Both the position numbers and the translations under genes were made by a program. Source: the human T2T-CHM13v2.0 reference genome, Homo sapiens. Taken from it: a stretch of DNA of 64,000 nucleotides. Where the stretch lies: NCBI RefSeq assembly GCF_009914755.1, contig NC_060926.1, one strand, 5' to 3'. Below the pieces are notes generated by a model. The model was given only the letters and a program-made list of their open reading frames with translations. It did no database searches and had not been told where the DNA came from. This document shows, piece after piece, positions 55,680 through 64,000 of this stretch (its first letter is position 1; the number at the start of each line of letters is the position of its first letter).

Positions 55680-56245
55680 TGGGACAGAATCCAAACTCTT
55701 TAGCATTGCAAACGAGGTCTCTGATGATATGGTTCTCTGCCTACATGTCCTGCCTCAAGCACTGCTACACCTCATCCCCACCCTTGAACTATAAGATTCA
55801 ATCTTTCTAAATGTTTAACTTTTTATTTCCTAGATATCCCATGCTCTTTCATGCCTATATACTTTTGTTTAGGTAAGGTCCTCGGCCCAGATTGCTGTAA
55901 TCTACCACATACCTATCTCTATCTGCCAGGTCTGTTTCTCTTTCTCTTTCAAGACTCACTATCCTCCATCGGCTCTGTAAAGAACCTCTTAGGTTGCATC
56001 CAGTACCTCTACTCTAGATTCCATAATGCCCTGGTCTATCTCTTTGTGCCCCTCATTAGATTTGTAATTGTATGTATGTGGATATCTTTGCCTTATGTCT
56101 AATCTGCAGCAATGTGATAAGATTCTGTCCCATTCATTTTTATTACCTACCATCTGATAGAATGTCTTACCTAAGTAGGTATTGCATAAATATTTGTGGA
56201 AGGAAGGAAGGAAGGAAGGAAGGAAGGAAGGAAGGAAGGAAGGAA
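55680..56245 (+). mobile_element. L2 3' end whose tail has expanded to (GGAA)n (56198-56245)
   Basis: TCCAAACTCTTTAGCAT..AAGTAGGT..ATAAATATTTGTGGAAGGAAGG. Confidence 0.7.
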
Positions 56246-56654
56246 AGATAATTGGAAGTGACAGGCAGATGATGATACTAGACTAGTTAGGTGGCTGGGA
56301 AAAGATTGCAGAAGACTCCATATCTATGCTAAAGATTGTGAACTTCATAGAAAATGGAGCACCATTGAAGATGTTTACACAAAGGAGTTAATGGGAAAAT
56401 TCAGCACTTAGGAAGGATAACTGGATGCATTGTGTGGGTGGACTGAAGGACAGGCAGACCACTTGGTGCTTACTGCAATTGCCCTGGTGTGAAATAGTAC
56501 AGGTCTGAGCCGAGACAGCTTAAAGAGCACGAAGAAACAATTGTTAAGTCTAAATGATCAGAGCTTGGAACCAGTTTTTTTTTTTCTGAAACTGCTTTAA
56601 AGACTCTGCTAGACAAATACTTCACCAGCTCACCAAGTTCTTTCCTGCTCATCA

Positions 56655-57380
<726 letters not shown>

Positions 57381-59440
57381 TAAATTGTTCCATGAGTCCT
57401 ACTTGGACTATAAAAGGCAATTATATTGCAAAAAGTCTTGGACTTGGATTCAACACTGGCTCTGGCAGTTATTAGCTTTATAACATTGGCGATTTATTTC
57501 ACAAGTTTGTCTCAGTGTTTTCAGCAAAATTGTGATAACTCTCTGAACTCACTTGATCCTAAAAACCACATAGGGCCAGACCTAGTATGTGTGGGATGGA
57601 TGCCGACATGAGAGTATCAGGAGGGGAGTCTGATTCACTCACTGTTGTAGCTGCCGAGCCTGACATGTATTTAACGCCCCCAAACTGTTGAATAAGTAAA
57701 TGAATGTTAATAATAGTTGATAATTTTACCATTAATCTTCCCTGTCTAAACAATAAGGCTTCCTAGTAGACTTTTTAGTCATATACCAAGCCATTATGGG
57801 ATTCATGGATAAGTGATTAAAATACATATAGTACACAAGCGTGTTCTAGTGACTCCTACATTTATCTTAGCTGAAATATGCGATGTGGACATTGCCCAAT
57901 TTTTGCTGCTTTCTCAATCACTGTTTTCTTAACGTGACATTCTACAAATGGAGGGACTGTTGTTTGAGCAAGCTTTGGGCCCTGTGGAGCACTTCTCAAC
58001 ACTGACTCTTATGATTGAGAGCAGATGTTACTTCTCCTTGTGTTTGGCTTTTAGTGCCATTTTAATCCTATTCTACCAAATGCACTTAGCTCTTCTTATT
58101 CACTGTAAATACTTGTAACATTTACCAATTATGTGCAATTGTTTAACATCAGCCAATTTGCCGCCCTATCTTTCAGAAGTACACCTATTACTGCTACCTT
58201 TGCTTGAAGCTTCTGGGTAAAGATCCTGTTGGTGCTCATTAGCTCTGTGCCAAAACAGCTATTTACTGAGGGAACAATGAAACCAGCCAGCTGTTTTGGC
58301 TACATGATACAAAAATAACTGCTTTGACTCCTGTAGAAAGAATGACAGGTTTTGGTTTTTGTTAAGCGAGAGCCTCACTCCGATTAAAACTAATTTTCAC
58401 ACATTATGTTAGCTAACGAGGCAATATTATGATAAACAATGAAAATTTGTTAAATTTGGAAACCCTTTCCTATGTCCCTTAATTCTGGGTCAAGTCTGAC
58501 TTCTAAGAAATTTTACCTAATGAATTGTGAGGCTTCTATGAATGGTTAAAGGGCCATTCAACTCTTTGTGCCAAACACCAGACTCTTCTCTCAAGTGCCG
58601 ATTAGACATCTCCTCTTGGGTATTCTTTAGGACATAAAAATGCAACCCACCCCAAACAAACTCTTTTTTCTAAATTTGTTCCTTCTTTTCTATACCCTTC
58701 TTGGTGGCTGACAATAGTCAGTTGTACAAACTGGAGTTGTCTCTCCTGTACCCCACCTCACCCACACCACTGGGGGCTGTATTGAACCTGTGACTCACTT
58801 TTGTGGCCCCAACCTCTTTATCCCTCTCCTCTGCTCCCTCATCTCCCTCTCCCCTTCCACTATCATAACTCCAGCCCTTCACACCATTCTCCTAGATTCT
58901 TGTTTTTGCTTCCTCCACTTCCAAAATCAACCCCCTCCCATTTTTTTCCATGCTTTTTTTAATGAAATTGTTTCTAAAATTAATACTAAACAATGCCATT
59001 TCCTCTTTAAAATCTATCATTGTCTTCTCAAAGCATTCAGGGGACATTTATAGATGCCTTTTCTTGATATGTAAGGGCTTCTTGAATGAGGTGGCCCTGG
59101 CTTGGTGTTCCAGGCTCATCCCCACCCCTCTCTGACAGGTATTCATCACTCCAATAATAATAAACTTTTTCAAAAGTGTCATGCAATGCTTTTTGTGTCC
59201 TTATGTTTTATTTTTCATTTTATTATTGATACAACTTGTTTATGAATATATTCTCATTATGCAAAATTTGAGCATCCTAAGCTATGCAAAACATAATATG
59301 GAAGTCCCTTTTCTCCCCAATCCCATCTTCCCCAATGCTGTGCTGTTTCAAGCCTCTGCATCTACACATATTCTCCTCTTTGTCTAGGAGGCCATTCTTC
59401 CATGTTATCTAGCAAATTCCCTGTCATCCTTCAATGCTCA

Positions 59441-59804
<364 letters not shown>

Positions 59805-61559
59805 CTAGGCTTGCGTTTCACCTTGTACGTGCCTGAACGCTAACATTTGTACTTGTCCTGCAATTATTGATTTGGTTGTCTTTCTCCTCAGCTAGAAGAT
59901 AGGCTTCTTCAAGGAAGGGAAAGCTGTCTTGCTTGGCTTTGTGCCCCAATATCATGCTCAATAACTGTTTGCTAAAAAAAATGAATGAGCAAGTTGTTTA
60001 ACTTGTTGTAGGGTCCATTTGCAGCAAGAGGCAGGAAATAGCCACAAGGAAGGGACTTTTGAGTAATGGAAAGTGATCTTCTCTACAGTGATAAGCTCAG
60101 GACATTTTCTTCCAACCTGAAGTCATAGAGATAGAGAAACATTTCCCATAGCAGCAGCACAAGACAAAAGACATGTATAGGGATTTAAAGAATGTCAGGG
60201 AGTGATGACTATTCTATGTGGATTAATGAGCTAGCAGTTAGGAAAGTAATTAGAAATAACAAATTCTTTAACCATATGTATGATGACTTCTATGCAGCAT
60301 ATATATCAAGGTTTGAACTCTGGAGTTTACATATGAAGAGTCTGAGATATCTCCACAGTGAAATGTCAGATGCAGTCAGTCTGGCATGGGTTGGCTTGGG
60401 GCACTGAGGGTCAGACGCTTCAGGAGATTGAAAAAAGATCAGAGGCAGGCAGAGATGGCTCATGAGCACTCCTGCCTGAGTTTTAGCAAAGTCCTTAAAT
60501 TGGTAAGGTAGTTCATGCAATCCGGACATGATCACTTCTGAATATTGTTTGTAAATTGCTGAACCTGTTTAAGTTAGCTGTATGTATAGAATTTATTCCA
60601 TAATGCAAAGTGATTCTTTTCAAATAATATGTTGGTTGTTTTGATAAGGTCTCAAGTTAATGAAATCCTAAGATGTTATCAGAATGTCACCTGAAACAAA
60701 TAGGTACAAATAATATCGTCCTGCTCTGCTGGTGTCCTGATTGGTTAAAGCAACAGAGGAATCCCTATATAGGCCCATTTCATATCTAAATATGCCACGC
60801 ACTGCATGGATAAAAATGAAAAATCGTATTAATACAATACTCTGAATATGTCTACATAATCATACATACACTTTCTTTTATTTTCAAGATACATTATTTT
60901 CCCTAAGTTGAACTGATTATATATAATGTGACAGTATATTATAATATAATGTCATTACAAGTAAAACAGAAAAAAAAGGATAAATAAAACAAGAACAACA
61001 AGAGTGCAGAAACAACAAGAAGTTGTAGAAGCAGTGATTGGAAACCTGGCATGAATTATTATGTGGATTGTGTTAAAACTGAGGCCAGAAATGAGAGGAA
61101 GTCAAGCAAGATTAAACAACACTAACAATGACATTTTATGAACAAGTTAGAACTATAAAATTTTCATAGAGTATTAAAAATTGAATAATAGCTTTTAAGG
61201 AAAGATAAATATCAGGAGGTCAAGAGATTGAGAAAGGTGAGAGAATATAAAGAAATTAGGGTACATGCATCCGTATTTAGTTTCTTCAATGCTGCTAATT
61301 TTAAAAAGCTAATGTGCTGAAAAATAAATAAAAGTTAATTGATTGTAAGGAAAACATGTTAGCAAGACAAAATTATTGAAATTAAATATAAATCACATAG
61401 CTAATTTACCTATGACACATAAGAAATATTTTAAGTGCAAAATCTTGTGAAAATGGAGGTATACAAAACTGCCTCCAGTGTTCTGGGTGAAAGAAATACA
61501 CCCCATTGACCTGGATTTTCTTCCCTTTCTTTCCGTGCTCACATCGCCACCATCTTCCT

Positions 61560-62780
61560 CTTACCCTCTCCAATAACCCATTTTCTGCTGACTTATTGGT
61601 GGCCTCCTTTTTGCCAAATTCCAATGGAGTCATTCAACTTTTCTTATTAGTTGACCTCTCTGACACAGCTGACCATTTTCAACTTCTTGAAAATTTCTCT
61701 TCTCTTGATTTATCTTTGGTCTTTGGTGATTTTCTTTGTACCTCTCAAACTACTCATTTCCAGGTTCCCTTACTAGCTTCTTTTTCTTATATGAGCCCTT
61801 GCATTTTATATAAACTATCAACTCTCTTCTATTGCCCCATGGGCTCTCTGAGGTCTTAGCCACTTCCAAGGTTTCATCCCCCAATTACACAGCACTGCCA
61901 CCCCACAATTTGCCAGTTGACTCTACCATCTGTACTCTATTCTGGTTTGTTCTGCTGACTGCTCAGATTCCCTATATGAGCACCTCATTATTTTCTTAAA
62001 ATGGACACATTTTTCTCTACCTCAGATTCTCTTTCTCATTTATATCCCATCAGAAATGGCAGTAAGTTGCTGAAGTAAACTTGTGTTCATTTTTTATTCT
62101 TCCTTCTTTTTTACCCACCATGCCAAATGGTCATCGAGTTCTGTCAACTCTACATTCTAAGGTTAGGTTTTTAAATACATCTCCTCCCCTTTTTCTTCTT
62201 GTGAGCTTCTTAGCCTAGACCTATATTCTCTGTCACCTGCACTAGTTTCTGCAGGTGAGTTAGAATCATGGCCTCCTTAATGATCTTTCTGTTGTCTATC
62301 TCTCCCTCTAGCCATTCATTCTCCACATTTCTTCCAGAGTAATTCTGCAGAAATGCAATTAGGATCTTGTCACTCCCCAGATTTAAATCCTTAAATGGTT
62401 CTTAATCACAATGTAGCTAAAATCCAAACCACTCAGCAGGGCAAAAACAACAACAACAAAAAACAAACAACACCACCAACAACATTCACGCTTTATTCTC
62501 CCAAGTCCACCAATTATACACATGTTGACCACTTCCCTTCCCCACCCCCATTGCTGATTCTTTGTCTTATATTTTGCCTTTTGTCTTGTTGTCTTTCCGT
62601 CCATTTTCTTCCCGGTGAAATCCTCCTCTTCCACTCAGATACAACTCATGAATTTCCTTCTTTAAGAAACCTTTCTTGTGGGTAACTCTTATTTTGGCTG
62701 TTTCATGATCTTGTGCACATGCCCCAATCATAGCACCAGACAGACAGTCTTGTGACCATCTGTTTACCCACCCGTTTTTC
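61560..62780 (+). mobile_element. L2 fragments
   Basis: TTGCCAAATTCCAATGG..GACCTCTCTGACACAGCTGACCAT; TCATTCTCCACA..CCAGAGTAAT. Confidence 0.65.
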
Positions 62781-63009
62781 CCATTAAGCAGAGATCTTAA
62801 CATTTTTTCAGATGTGACACATTTCACAGATGACATTCAATAGTGCAACACATTTCCACCAGTATTCCCAATGAGGTGGCTATAACTCCACCATTTTTTT
62901 TCCAATCAAGAAAACATATTAATAGGAGTGAGAATGACAGATGATAATGACCTTGGATCTGTCCATGCACACATACATGTGAATTTATTTGTATTTGGAA
63001 AATCATTTA

Positions 63010-63275
63010 GCACTCTCATTCCAAAGTCAGACTGCCCAGGTTTCAATTCTGGGTTTATCATTTATTGCCCAAAGCCTCTAATGTATTATTTAACCCCTAT
63101 AAGCCCAGTTTCTTTCTCTATAAAACAAGTATTATAATAAAATTTAATAAGAATTAAAAGGACTCTTGAGAGGATATGAAAAATGTTTTTTTAAAAAAAA
63201 CCTAATTCACGTGACTCACTTAGTGGTGGGAATATGAAGTGTTCCCAGTAAATTTTAGCTATTATTATTACTACT
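63010..63275 (+). mobile_element. MIR
   Basis: AAGTCAGACTGCCCAGGTTTCAATTCTGG..CCAGTTTCTTTCTCTATAAAA..AGCTATTATTATTA. Confidence 0.7.
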
Positions 63276-64000
63276 GTTTCATATAGATGGGTCAATTTCT
63301 TCTTCAGTGGATCATAGTAATTCACTTTTATTTTCCTGCTACAGAATCTGACTTCACGTGAGTACATTTGTGAAGAGACAGAAATGATTATCCTTGAGGC
63401 TTCTGTTACTCATGAAATTGGAGAAATAATGCCCATGACATTGGACAAAATATAAAAATAACACTATTTGAGATAATCAAATACATAAGGCTTGTGCAAT
63501 AGGCATCCTAATGTTCCTTCCTTTCCCCCAGCGAAACCTGCAAGCCAGAGGTAAAAATGAGGGCAAAGCTCTTCAAATCTTTGGAAGCAGAACGGTGTTC
63601 TGAGACGACAATGAGATTAGCTTTGCTCAGTTATACAAAGAGAAAAACACTTTACCAGGAGAGCCTCAATCAACCTGAACAATGAAGAGAAAGAAACAAG
63701 CCTGGTGATTGGAAAGGAAGTTCTTTAAGTGTGAATTGCTCCGAGTACAATATAAACCTTGTCAGTTATGGGATTCCAGCTGTTGTTTTATTGCCTTTAA
63801 TTTCCCATTAGTGGTTCAATGTCTGGGAAAGGTATCCGGCCTCCAGGAGGGGAACTAAGGTCTAAGGTCGGAATTGTTGTTCCTGTCTCTGCCAACATTT
63901 TGAATAGTGTTTAAACAAAGCCATTCAAATGATTATCTTATGCCTAATTCTTATAAGGAGTGTTTGTGACTAAAATAAGCTCTTCAGGTGCCCTTTCTTC

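Overview
Primate (human-like; AluY, THE1, L1PA and MER50 are present) AT-rich non-coding DNA, intergenic or deep intronic. There is no recognisable protein-coding exon, CpG island, tRNA/rRNA gene or prokaryotic feature. A large share is transposon-derived: a two-LTR THE1 MaLR provirus, 10 Alus, L1PA/L1M fragments, many L2/MIR pieces, MER50, MST/MLT LTRs and hAT MITEs. The supplied ORFs are repeat-derived or incidental. I found no evidence for a new multi-gene system. The most distinctive observation is a ~220-bp unique sequence (5570-5796) copied ~2 kb downstream (7549-7766), where the copy sits inside a perfect 17-bp target-site-like duplication and has no poly(A). Other observations include a tailless AluY, a DUX4 motif retained in only one THE1 LTR, several palindromes and small duplications, and some candidate enhancers and splice signals. 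Repeat subfamily calls come from recalled consensus similarity, and boundaries of old repeats are approximate.
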